From the NCBI GenBank assembly GCA_963666345.1, contig OY762721.1, forward strand, positions 1,248,001 to 1,312,000: 64,000 nt of DNA, written 5' to 3'. A model generated the notes under the pieces. It had not been told where the DNA came from. It was given only the letters and a program-made list of their open reading frames with translations, and ran no database searches. Position numbers and translations under genes: made by a program. This DNA is from Desulfatiglandales bacterium (GTDB taxonomy: Bacteria; Desulfobacterota; DSM-4660; Desulfatiglandales; Desulfatiglandaceae). Below, one piece after another: positions 52,037 to 61,604 of this stretch (positions are counted from its first letter, which is position 1; the number at the start of each line of letters is the position of its first letter).

Positions 52037-53212
52037 CTACTGCCATCTTCCGGGAATCACGGCCCCGCAGAACCTGCATGCCCCATTATCCATATTGTAC
52101 TGTCTTATCAGATAGCCCTTTCTCTCTATCAGGATCTTTTTGCAGTTGTGGCAGTATGTATTGGTCGCCTCGTGCCCCGGCACATTTCCCAGGTACACAT
52201 AGCGGACACCTTCGTTCAGGGCGATTTTTCTCAAATTTTCCAGGGTCTCAACAGGTGTGAAGGGAAGCCGCGTAAGCCTGTAGTCGGGATGGAACCTCGA
52301 AAGATGGAGAGGGTGATCCGGGCCAAGCTCTTTCAGTATCCAACCGCACATCCTCTTTATCATATCAGGCTTGTCCACATAGGTCGGTACTACAAGGGTG
52401 GTAATCTCAAACCACACCCCTTGTGCGTGAAGGGTCTTGAAACAGTCGAGCACAGGCTGAAGCCTCCCTCCGTTAAGGCACCGATATGTTGAGTCGTCAA
52501 ATGATTTGAGGTTCACATTTGCCCCGTCCAGATATCTGCAGAGCTCATTCAGGGGACCTCCGTTTATATACCCGTTTGACACAAGCACATTTTTTATTCC
52601 TGCCTGCCTGGCAAGACGTGCCGTATCAAAGACATACTCATAAAAAGTTACAGGTTCGGAATATGTGTAGGCTATGGAAGGGATTTTCTCTTTTTTCACT
52701 CTATCAACCGCGTCCACGGGGAATAATTCTCCATGCCTGACATCCTCCGGCCTTCTCTGTGAGATTTCCCAGTTCTGACAGTTGAGGCATCTTAAATTGC
52801 ACCCTGTCGTTGCCATGGAAAAAATCAGGGACCCCGGCAGAAAATGATTGAGCGGTTTCTTTTCTATCGGGTCGATATGCACGGCACAGGGATTGCCGTA
52901 GGCAAGGGAATAGAGCTTTCCCTTTATATTGACCTTTGACCGGCAGATGCTTCTGTCCCCTGGCTCAAGCACACATCTGTTGGGACACACCCTGCACTGG
53001 ACCGTTGAGCCGATAGACGCATAATGAAAGCCTTCAACAGACCATTTCCACGGTTTATCAGGGGCATCACCTTTGAAGATACTTCCACTTATATCCTTTT
53101 CGATCTCATCTTTTTTTCCTGCAAATCCGAGCCCCGTCAAGGGGCAGAGAAGAGCTGCGGTCCCTAAGCCCAGGGATTTCAAAAACTCCTTCCTGCTTAT
53201 CAGATTTGCCAT
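52037..53212 (-). CDS. amrS: AmmeMemoRadiSam system radical SAM enzyme with Tat-like N-terminus
   Basis: DPIEKKPLNHFLPGS, GCNLRCLNCQNWEISQ, IAYTYSEP, HLSRFHPDY and YVYLGNV. Confidence 0.92.
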   Translation of the reverse strand: MANLISRKEFLKSLGLGTAALLCPLTGLGFAGKKDEIEKDISGSIFKGDAPDKPWKWSVEGFHYASIGSTVQCRVCPNRCVLEPGDRSICRSKVNIKGKLYSLAYGNPCAVHIDPIEKKPLNHFLPGSLIFSMATTGCNLRCLNCQNWEISQRRPEDVRHGELFPVDAVDRVKKEKIPSIAYTYSEPVTFYEYVFDTARLARQAGIKNVLVSNGYINGGPLNELCRYLDGANVNLKSFDDSTYRCLNGGRLQPVLDCFKTLHAQGVWFEITTLVVPTYVDKPDMIKRMCGWILKELGPDHPLHLSRFHPDYRLTRLPFTPVETLENLRKIALNEGVRYVYLGNVPGHEATNTYCHNCKKILIERKGYLIRQYNMDNGACRFCGAVIPGRWQ

Positions 53213-53287
53213 TGTTCTGTTACCATAAACTTTAAGTTAATGCCTGCCCGGTTTCTCAAAAGAGGCGTCATAATATGTCCAGGGGCG

Positions 53288-55375
53288 TCATCTCTTACGG
53301 TTTATAATGATCATACTTGAAATCTTGACAATTATCAAAAAGGCAAGCGCCGATCTGACGCCATAAAAGGGAACCAGCATGGTGCCGACTATGACGGTCC
53401 CTAAAGAGGCCCCGCACAAATCCGCGGCAAGACACCCGGCGGCCGGACTGCCTTTCTCACCGATCAGCCTTGCCGCCACCGGGAACTGAAATCCGCCGAA
53501 AAAAGAAACCACAAAGCAGTAGGCCAGAAAGACATACTCATGAATATCTTCCCTTAAAACGGAGATCCATAAAAGAAAGGCGGCAAGAAGGATCAAGATA
53601 ATCACTTCCGAAATATTGAGCTTCACAAAATCGCTGCCGCCGCTTAAGGTGCCTGCAAATGCGCCGGGCAGAAGACCAAGCAGAAAGGCGGTGACGATTC
53701 CACCTATTTTCAGATACACGTGACCATATATCACCTGGAAGGTAAATATTATCAGCATCTCAACCCCCATCGAAACAAACCCGGTTGCAAAAAGGAGGTA
53801 TTCCTCCCTTCTGATACCGGACAGATACAGCGCGCTCAAAAATCCCACCGCCGTCAGAATATACCAGGGAGATGCACCATGCCTTGAGAACCACTGCCTG
53901 AATGTCAGGTTCATGATCCTCGGCTCAAAATCAGAATTGACCGCCGCCTTTTTGTCCAGTTGGCCCGCAAGTTGAATGACCCTTTCTCTTGACACATCCC
54001 CGTAGAAATACCCCTCGATATACTCGGTGTCTATCGGGCGCATCGCAAGCCTTTTCGGGATATCGGACCACAATTCCCCGTCCCTGCATATAAAATAGGC
54101 CTCCCTGCCCGGCAGGACCATGACATTGTTGAACTGCGTGCGTGCGGTGGAATAAAGTATTGAAAGCTTTTTCCTTTCTGTATCACTCAGGTAATTCGGG
54201 GAATAGGACAGGGAAAGGGAAAGGACCCCCCCACTTTTCATTGACCTCTTTGCCAGGGCAAAAAACTCCCCGGTAAAAAAGCGGTTTACCTGAAAGGTAT
54301 CCGGAGCGGGAAGATCCACGATTATGGCATCATAGGGCCCTTTCGGTGATTTCAGATAGTGCCTTCCATCGGTATTGATTATATTCAGCGCCCCTGACCT
54401 GCTTACTATACCCATTTCAAGAGCCGCCTCCGTCAGGCAGGGGTCCAGTTCGATATAATCCACCCGCTCGGGCCGGTATTTTTCCAGCTCCCTGACCGGC
54501 TCGCCAAGACCGCCTGAAATCAGCAGGACATGGCTAATCTCGTCCAACTGACAAAGTGGGTAATGGATCTTCTCTTCGCTTCTCATGATATCACCTTCGG
54601 AATATAGCGGGATTCCGGACTCCCAGAAGGTGTATTGGCCCTTTTCCTTAGAGATAACCACCCTGCCGTAAGGGGATTCAAGATACCTTGTGATATTTCC
54701 ATACTGCCCGGTAAGTGACTTGATTTCAGAAGCGCTGTCCAGTGCATAGGCATAAAAGGCTGACACAACGACAAGCGCGGAAAGAAACAGCCACCTGCTG
54801 TGCCTTTTTTTTAAAAACAGAAAAAAGGCCGCCAGCAGGATAGATGAACCAAAGGCCACGGTATGAAACGGCTTGAGCCAGTAGACCAGGATGAAGCTGA
54901 AAACCGCACCGCCCGATATGTCCCCTATGCTGTCGGAGACATAGAGTTCACCGCTCGTAAATGAGCGGCCGCGACTGTTAAGGAGTTTCTGTGAATAGGG
55001 GAGCACGAAACCGGTCAAAAGACAGTAAGGGGCGATTATCAGGAATACATAGAAAAATATGGAGTAAAAACCGGGCGAGGCACCATGGATGAACAGACGC
55101 TGCCCAAGGTATCTTATGGCTGAAATCTGAGCAAGGGGAAGCATGGCTATGAATAAAAGCAGCAGTGAATATGTCGAATCCGATGTGATTTTTACCGGCT
55201 TCGCCGCCAGGCTTCCAAGCCCCGTAAGCATAAGCCAGCTGAACAGCACTACTGCGATTGTGATTTCATTACCATGGAACTGAGCCAGAAACTCCCTTAT
55301 CGTGATCAGCTGGGTGGTGACTGAGCTTATCCCTGTGCCTATGACAGTCCATATTATAACCCTTTTGAGGTTCAA
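53288..55375 (-). CDS. Membrane-fused spermidine synthase-like SAM-dependent protein
   Basis: About 7 N-terminal TM helices, ESPYG, ISGGLG, IELDP, DGRHYL, YDAIIVDLP, NRFFTGEFF, then about 6-7 C-terminal TM helices. Confidence 0.82.
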   Translation of the reverse strand: MNLKRVIIWTVIGTGISSVTTQLITIREFLAQFHGNEITIAVVLFSWLMLTGLGSLAAKPVKITSDSTYSLLLLFIAMLPLAQISAIRYLGQRLFIHGASPGFYSIFFYVFLIIAPYCLLTGFVLPYSQKLLNSRGRSFTSGELYVSDSIGDISGGAVFSFILVYWLKPFHTVAFGSSILLAAFFLFLKKRHSRWLFLSALVVVSAFYAYALDSASEIKSLTGQYGNITRYLESPYGRVVISKEKGQYTFWESGIPLYSEGDIMRSEEKIHYPLCQLDEISHVLLISGGLGEPVRELEKYRPERVDYIELDPCLTEAALEMGIVSRSGALNIINTDGRHYLKSPKGPYDAIIVDLPAPDTFQVNRFFTGEFFALAKRSMKSGGVLSLSLSYSPNYLSDTERKKLSILYSTARTQFNNVMVLPGREAYFICRDGELWSDIPKRLAMRPIDTEYIEGYFYGDVSRERVIQLAGQLDKKAAVNSDFEPRIMNLTFRQWFSRHGASPWYILTAVGFLSALYLSGIRREEYLLFATGFVSMGVEMLIIFTFQVIYGHVYLKIGGIVTAFLLGLLPGAFAGTLSGGSDFVKLNISEVIILILLAAFLLWISVLREDIHEYVFLAYCFVVSFFGGFQFPVAARLIGEKGSPAAGCLAADLCGASLGTVIVGTMLVPFYGVRSALAFLIIVKISSMIIINRKR

Positions 55376-55482
55376 CAGAAGGACTCCTCCACAGGTGAGA
55401 GCCGAACAGACTCATTGTTATTCTGAAAAAGGCCGTGAAACAGTCTCAATATAGATCATCGGCAGATGGACAGACATGGCAC

Positions 55483-56214
55483 CTATTCTTCTTCAAACGC
55501 CTGTACCTGATAGGTTGAGACATCCAGATCACCCTTTGTCCAGGCATCCGCCGCAAGTCCCGCCTTAAGGCAGAGATGCCTCAGAAAATCCCCTTTATCA
55601 GGGAGCTGATCCCAGACCTGAGGAAGAAAAGTGGCCTGATTGTATCCTTTTTTGATTATAACCCCGTCCACATGGGGGCGGAGTTTTTCCAGCAGATCAT
55701 CCCTGTCTGAATACTCAAGAGGTTCGGGGTCTGTCAGGATGCTTACCTCTATGTCTATATCATCCAGCTCATCAGGGCTTAAGGGGGGAAACCTGGGGTC
55801 CTTGAAGGCGGCGTTTACGGCATTTTCCTCTACCCCTTCAAGGAGGCTCTCGCGCGCGATTATATGACCTATGCATCCCCTGAGTGCGCCTGCCTTGGTG
55901 AGGGTAACAAAGGTGCCCCGTCTTTCATTGAAGACCTCGGGCGGTTTTTCATCGCCCATATCCTTTGAGCCGCCCAAAAGCCTCGCCTTGATGGTCTCCC
56001 GTGCAAGTTTGAGAAGATATGAACCCTGTTCATTGCTTAGCCTGTCCGAACCGGTCATCTTTTCCGCCCCCTTTTCATTTCTATATTTCGAATCAGTCAT
56101 GCTTTTTTTGGTTTTAACACCGCTTTCAGCGCAGGCTGAGGCATAACAAGCTGCAATCACAGTTGAAATTACAGCCAGCCCCAACAGCAATGAACTGAGA
56201 GATGTTTTCCCCAT
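55483..56214 (-). CDS. amrA: AmmeMemoRadiSam system protein A (AMMECR1 domain), possibly with a lipoprotein signal
   Basis: GTFVTL..LRGCIG, AAFKDPRF, EVSILT, ATFLPQVW and LCLKAG; start ambiguous (56214 vs 56058). Confidence 0.9.
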   Translation of the reverse strand: MGKTSLSSLLLGLAVISTVIAACYASACAESGVKTKKSMTDSKYRNEKGAEKMTGSDRLSNEQGSYLLKLARETIKARLLGGSKDMGDEKPPEVFNERRGTFVTLTKAGALRGCIGHIIARESLLEGVEENAVNAAFKDPRFPPLSPDELDDIDIEVSILTDPEPLEYSDRDDLLEKLRPHVDGVIIKKGYNQATFLPQVWDQLPDKGDFLRHLCLKAGLAADAWTKGDLDVSTYQVQAFEEE

Positions 56215-56462
56215 CAATCTCATTCCTCCATAAAACCCGGTGAAAAACAACCCTTTTCATGATAACCCAAATCAATTTACTGTCAACAGCAATAAGGACT
56301 TCGCGCTCCTTTTATCCCCTCTCTCCAGGCATCCGGCCCCCAGAGCCGGCCGAGCAAAGAAAAGAGTCCTGCCCCGGAGCGCGGTTTCCTATTATTCTTG
56401 TTGACCTTTCGGCAGAATCCGATTAGTCAGACACAACATAAATTTTTTACTGGAAAAGGCAG

Positions 56463-57293
56463 ATGGAAATAACTCTTGTTCATATCGCGATCCTTCTTTT
56501 AACCGGCATTGCAGCAGGATTTGCCTCCGGGCTTCTGGGAGTCGGGGGCGGATTTATCATGATTCCGGTACAGTTCTGGCTGCTCAAGGCGGCAGGGGTG
56601 GATCCCACCCTGTCCATCAGGATAGCGCTCGGGACCAATCTAATGGTCGTATTCCCGACGGCGTTAAGCGGCGCGATCTCTCACCACAAAAGAGGGGCCG
56701 TCCTGCTGAAAGAGGGGATCATACTGGGAGTGACCGGTCTGGCAGGGGCCTACCTCGGCGCAATAACAGCATCCCATCTTCCGGAAAAGATAATGACCCT
56801 TATCCTGGGGGGCTTTATAATCTTTGTAGGTATCAGGATGCTTACCTCGAAATCGCTTAAGACGCATGAAAGGAGCGCCAAGGACATAAAGATGTGTGCC
56901 ATTTGGGGCCTGCCCCTGGGAATCCTCTGCGGGGTCATGGGGGTCGCGGGCGGGGGTGTAATGGTACCTCTGATGGTGATAGCCTTGAAATTCACCATCC
57001 ATCAGGCAGTGGCAACCTCCATGCTGGTCATGGTATTCAACTCGGCAGGCGGCGCCTTCTCCTTTCTCGTAAACGGCCTTGGTATTGAAGGGCTTCCGCC
57101 CTATTCCACAGGATACGTCAACTGGCTCCAGTGGGTCCTCCTTGCGGGCTGCAGCATACCCATGGCGATCGTGGGTGCGAAAGCGGCCCACAGACTGCCC
57201 GCAGAGCGCATAAAGAAGCTCTTTGTGATAGCCATGTTTTACATAGGCCTCAAGATGACAGGGGCCTTCGCCTGGCTCAATCTCCCACTGTAA
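56463..57293 (+). CDS. TauE/SafE family (TSUP) exporter
   Basis: GLLGVGGGFIMIP and GVAGGGVMVP repeats; AVATS. Confidence 0.92.
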   Translation: MEITLVHIAILLLTGIAAGFASGLLGVGGGFIMIPVQFWLLKAAGVDPTLSIRIALGTNLMVVFPTALSGAISHHKRGAVLLKEGIILGVTGLAGAYLGAITASHLPEKIMTLILGGFIIFVGIRMLTSKSLKTHERSAKDIKMCAIWGLPLGILCGVMGVAGGGVMVPLMVIALKFTIHQAVATSMLVMVFNSAGGAFSFLVNGLGIEGLPPYSTGYVNWLQWVLLAGCSIPMAIVGAKAAHRLPAERIKKLFVIAMFYIGLKMTGAFAWLNLPL

Positions 57294-57397
57294 AAGCAAA
57301 ACCGGATCGAACACCCTTGACCATTTTTTTCATCTCCCCTACACTTCGGCATGTTTTCAAATTAAATTCGCAGGATCGCAACCCCGGAGGCATAAAA

Positions 57398-58039
57398 ATG
57401 GAAAGCCTTGAGAAAAAAAGGCAGCGGCTGGAAAAGATATTCGAGACACTCGACCCCTTATACACGACGGACAAGACCGCGCTGAATTACAGGACCCCGT
57501 TTGAGCTTCTCATCGCCACGATCCTTTCGGCGCAGTGCACGGACAGGCAGGTAAACGTGGTAACAAAGTCCCTTTTCAAAAAATATAAAGGACCTAACGA
57601 TTATCTCGGGGCATCGGTAGAAGAGCTGCAGAATGATATAAGGCCGACAGGCTTTTACAAAAACAAGACAAAATCGATCAAGGGATGCTGCCGGGGCCTA
57701 ATCGATCTATATGCCGGCGAGGTCCCTTCAACCATGGAGGAACTGGTAAGGCTGCCAGGGGTCGGCAGAAAGACTGCCAACTGCGTCCTCGGAGCGGTCT
57801 TCGGCGTGCCGGGCGTTGTCGTCGACACCCATGTAAAAAGGCTCTCCATGAGGCTCGGGCTGACAGAGGAAACAAATCCCGACAAGATCGAATTTGAGAT
57901 ACAGAAACTTCTTCCGCCCGACAGGTGGCGGCGGTTTTCAGACATAATGATCTATCATGGAAGGCAGATATGCAAGGCGCGCAAACCTGATCATGCCGGT
58001 TGCGCGGTCTTTAAATACTGTCCGTCCCATGCGATATAG
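57398..58039 (+). CDS. nth: Endonuclease III
   Basis: LLIATILSAQCTD, LPGVGRKTAN HhH and VDTHV; GGAGG RBS before 57398. Confidence 0.95.
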   Translation: MESLEKKRQRLEKIFETLDPLYTTDKTALNYRTPFELLIATILSAQCTDRQVNVVTKSLFKKYKGPNDYLGASVEELQNDIRPTGFYKNKTKSIKGCCRGLIDLYAGEVPSTMEELVRLPGVGRKTANCVLGAVFGVPGVVVDTHVKRLSMRLGLTEETNPDKIEFEIQKLLPPDRWRRFSDIMIYHGRQICKARKPDHAGCAVFKYCPSHAI

Positions 58040-58076
58040 CCTTATGAAAAGACTCTCGCTGATCCTGTCTTATTTT

Positions 58077-58844
58077 CTACAGCTCGAATTCCGCTACCAG
58101 GAAGGTGTGGTCCGAGGGTTTTTCCAATGCCCTGGCCTTTGTGTCTATCCAGCAGGTCCTTGATTTTTCCGCAAGGCAGGAGGTTGCAAGGATATAGTCG
58201 ATACGCCACCCCAGGTTGCGCTTGAGCGCGCCCGGGATTCTATAGTCCCAGAAGGTAAAATTACCCCCTTCAGGCACATGTTTTCTGAATATATCAAAAA
58301 GCCCCCATTTCAGAATATCTTTCAATATAGACTGCTCTTCAGGATGAAAGGCGACCTCGCCCCTGAACCTGTCAGGATCGAACAGGTCCCTGTCTTCCAG
58401 GGCCACATTGAAATCTCCGGCGACAATGAGAGGTCTGGATGGATCACGCCTGTCTTTCAGAAAAGATAAGAGACCCCTCAGCCAGCTCAGCTTGTAATCA
58501 AATTTCTGAGTGCCCGCCTCGAACCCCTGCGGCACGTAGACATTTATAACCGATATGCCGCACACATCAACGCTTATGAATCTGGCATCTTCATCCTCTT
58601 CGTAAAGCGTGCAAACGACCCCTTCCAATGGATGCCTGCTGATGACGGCAACCCCGTTATAGCTCTTCTGCCCCCTGAAGACCGCGCCAAAGCCCGCCTT
58701 TTTGAAGGCATCCAGAGGGAAATCCTTGTCCTGGACCTTTGTCTCCTGGACGCACAGGATATCCGGAGACTCCCTTTTAAGCCAGTCAAGGATTACAGGC
58801 AACCGGGCCCTTATGGAATTGGCATTAAAGCTTGCCAGCTTCAC
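58077..58844 (-). CDS. xth: Exodeoxyribonuclease III
   Basis: FNANSIRAR, VQETK, YNGVA, GDFNVA, WRIDY and SDH. Confidence 0.95.
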   Translation of the reverse strand: MKLASFNANSIRARLPVILDWLKRESPDILCVQETKVQDKDFPLDAFKKAGFGAVFRGQKSYNGVAVISRHPLEGVVCTLYEEDEDARFISVDVCGISVINVYVPQGFEAGTQKFDYKLSWLRGLLSFLKDRRDPSRPLIVAGDFNVALEDRDLFDPDRFRGEVAFHPEEQSILKDILKWGLFDIFRKHVPEGGNFTFWDYRIPGALKRNLGWRIDYILATSCLAEKSRTCWIDTKARALEKPSDHTFLVAEFEL

Positions 58845-60751
58845 TATTTCACCTTGCTTCCTGCAGCGGTTTTTTCATCAGGCGTAAGGATGTGACAACC
58901 CGCCTCGTCTCCTGCGGCAAGTATCATGCCCCTTGATTCAACTCCCATGAGGGTCACAGGTTCCAGGTTGGCGACAAAAAGGGCCTGTTTCCCCTCCAGT
59001 TCATCTGCGCTGTAATAATTGGCGATACCGGCTACGACAGTCCTTTCCTCACCCATGTCGACGGTCAACTTCAGAAGCTTTTTTGATTTCCTGATCGGCT
59101 CGGCCTTCAGGATGGTACCGACCCTCAGGTCCAGTTTTTTGAAATCATCAAACAGTATCAAGGGTTTTTCCTTTTCTTTTGGCTGAGCGGTTTTCACCGC
59201 CTTTGCCCCTGCTTCCTGTCCGGCGGATTCCACTCTTGGAAAAAGCGCTTCGGCCTTTGTAATCTTCCTTACAGCCCTCATCTCACCCCAACCTTTGAGC
59301 TCTTGAGGGCCCAGTTTTTCCCCCTTAAAATCAAGGCCGAGCTGATCCTGAATCTTCTCCGCCGATTCAGGGATAAAAGGCCACAGCAGAGATGAGATTA
59401 TCTTGAGCGTTTCAAGCACATGGAACATTACCGTGCCCAGCCTTTCCTTGTCCGACTTTGCAAGGACCCATGGCGCCATTGAATCTATATATTTGTTCAC
59501 CGCCCCCACCAGATCCCAGACAGCTATAAGGGCCTTGTGAAAGCCGAGTTGCATCATCAGCGATTCATAGGTATCAAGCAGCCCGAGAGCCTTTTCCTTC
59601 AAAGCGTCGTCAGGGCTTTCCGCCCGACCCGGCTCGGGTGCGTCCCCATTGAAATACTTATGCACCATTGTCAGGCTTCTGCTCACCAGGTTACCGAGGT
59701 CGTTTGCCAGATCCGAATTAATCCTTCCCACAAGAGCCTCTTCGCTGAAATCGGAATCAAGTCCGAAGACCATCTCCCTCAACAGAAAGTACCTCATGGC
59801 ATCGAGTCCGTAGACATCCAGTAATTTCAGAGGCTTTACGACGTTTCCAACGCTCTTTGACATTTTGCCTGCATTGACATTCCAGTATCCATGAACATTC
59901 AGATGCCTGTAAGGTTCGATTCCGGCTGATTTAAGCATGCATGGCCAATATATGCCGTGCGGTTTGAGGATGTCCTTCGCGATTGTGTGCTCGGCCGAAG
60001 GCCAGAATCTTGAAAAAAGTTCTCCATCCGGGTAGCCCATGGCTGACACATAGTTTATCAATGCGTCAAACCAGACATAGGTAACGAAATTTTCATCAAA
60101 AGGCAGGGTTATCCCCCAGGTGAGGCGTGATTTGGGTCTGGAAATGCAAAGGTCTTCAAGCGGTTCCTTGAGAAAAGAAAGGACCTCGTTCTTATATCTT
60201 TCAGGTCTTATAAAATCAGGATTCTTCCGGATATGATCTATGAGCCAGTCCTGATATCTGCTCATCCTGAAAAAATAGTTCGCCTCTTTTATGACTTTGG
60301 GCTCTGTCTGGTGGTCGGGACACTTTCCATCGACCAGTTCTTTTTCAGTATAGAACCTTTCACATCCCACACAGTAGAGGCCTTCGTACTCGCTGAAATA
60401 GATGTCACCCCTGTCCCTGACCCTGTTCAATATCAGCTGAACGGTGTCCATATGGGATCGGTCGGTGGTGCGAACAAAATAATCGTTGCTGATATTGAGC
60501 CTGGGCCAGAGGTCCCTGAACAACCCGCTTATCCCGTCCACATATTCCTTGGGAGTCTTGCCCGCCTTTTCCGCGGCCTCGACTATCTTGTCGCCATGTT
60601 CATCCGTCCCTGTCAGAAAATAACTTTCAAATCCCCACAGCAGGTGAAATCTTTTCATTAGATCGGCCACGATCGTCGTGTAGGCGTGGCCGATATGGGG
60701 TTCGGCATTTACGTAATAGATCGGCGTGCTGACATAGAATTTTTTAGACAA
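58844..60751 (-). CDS. metG: Methionine--tRNA ligase
   Basis: PHIGH, KMSKS and C-terminal tRNA-binding domain. Confidence 0.98.
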   Translation of the reverse strand: MSKKFYVSTPIYYVNAEPHIGHAYTTIVADLMKRFHLLWGFESYFLTGTDEHGDKIVEAAEKAGKTPKEYVDGISGLFRDLWPRLNISNDYFVRTTDRSHMDTVQLILNRVRDRGDIYFSEYEGLYCVGCERFYTEKELVDGKCPDHQTEPKVIKEANYFFRMSRYQDWLIDHIRKNPDFIRPERYKNEVLSFLKEPLEDLCISRPKSRLTWGITLPFDENFVTYVWFDALINYVSAMGYPDGELFSRFWPSAEHTIAKDILKPHGIYWPCMLKSAGIEPYRHLNVHGYWNVNAGKMSKSVGNVVKPLKLLDVYGLDAMRYFLLREMVFGLDSDFSEEALVGRINSDLANDLGNLVSRSLTMVHKYFNGDAPEPGRAESPDDALKEKALGLLDTYESLMMQLGFHKALIAVWDLVGAVNKYIDSMAPWVLAKSDKERLGTVMFHVLETLKIISSLLWPFIPESAEKIQDQLGLDFKGEKLGPQELKGWGEMRAVRKITKAEALFPRVESAGQEAGAKAVKTAQPKEKEKPLILFDDFKKLDLRVGTILKAEPIRKSKKLLKLTVDMGEERTVVAGIANYYSADELEGKQALFVANLEPVTLMGVESRGMILAAGDEAGCHILTPDEKTAAGSKVK

Positions 60752-60759
60752 TGTCCTGG

Positions 60760-61587
60760 TTACTCCTTTTTTGATCTTCTTTTGAAAATTCCATCCTGTG
60801 CGATATCCCTGGTAGTGATCTCCTTTTCCTCTCCCGACTCTATCTCAACGGTCAGGGTTTCCTTCAGGACATTCTGGCGTGTTACCTTTCCGCTCCCGAA
60901 TCTCGTGTAGACCTTTTTGCCCACCTTGGGCAGTTTCTTTTTGATATCCTCGTAGAGTTTATGCTCATAGGAAAGGCAGCACATCAGTCTGCCGCACATA
61001 CCCGATATCTTGCTCGGGTTCAAGGATATGTTCTGTTCTTTTGCCATCTTTATGGTCACGGGATCGAACTTGTTTAAGAATGATGAACAGCAAAGGGCCC
61101 TTCCGCAGGGGCCGAGGCCGCCTACCATCTTTGCCTGATGACGCACCCCTATCTGCCTCATTTCTATCCTGGTCCTGAATTTCTTTACCAGATCCTTTAC
61201 CAGTTCCCTGAAATCCACCCTCCCGTCGGCAGTAAAATAGACGATGATCTTGCTGCCGTCAAAACGTCTTTCCACTGACACGAGAGACATGGGGATGGAT
61301 CTATCCTTGATACGCTGATAACAATAATTAGAGACGCTTTCTTCCATTCCGGAACTTCTTTCGTACCTTTCTATTTCTTCCTTTGTGGCCAGCCTGTATA
61401 CCTTTTTCAGGGGCCTGGGATAACTCTTTATCTCCATCTCCTGAGGTTCGGCGGTTACGCAACCTATGGAAGGTCCTTCCTCGGTTATGACCATCACCTT
61501 ATCGCCTTTTTTAAGGACGAAATGGCCTGAGCAGAAATCATATACCTTGCCCTTATTCTTGAATTGTATGCCTACTACCTTGTTCAT
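60760..61587 (-). CDS. ricT: PSP1 domain / RicT (YaaT) family protein
   Basis: FTADGRVDFRELV, RIEMRQIGVR, GPCGRALCC and SGMCGRLMCCL. Confidence 0.92.
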   Translation of the reverse strand: MNKVVGIQFKNKGKVYDFCSGHFVLKKGDKVMVITEEGPSIGCVTAEPQEMEIKSYPRPLKKVYRLATKEEIERYERSSGMEESVSNYCYQRIKDRSIPMSLVSVERRFDGSKIIVYFTADGRVDFRELVKDLVKKFRTRIEMRQIGVRHQAKMVGGLGPCGRALCCSSFLNKFDPVTIKMAKEQNISLNPSKISGMCGRLMCCLSYEHKLYEDIKKKLPKVGKKVYTRFGSGKVTRQNVLKETLTVEIESGEEKEITTRDIAQDGIFKRRSKKE

Positions 61588-61604
61588 GGCAGGCCTCGTA
61601 AGGG

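Noticed and set aside
57131..57397. N-terminal extension of the nth ORF overlapping the TauE gene
   Set aside because: Overlaps a real CDS in another frame; a GGAGG RBS supports the start at 57398
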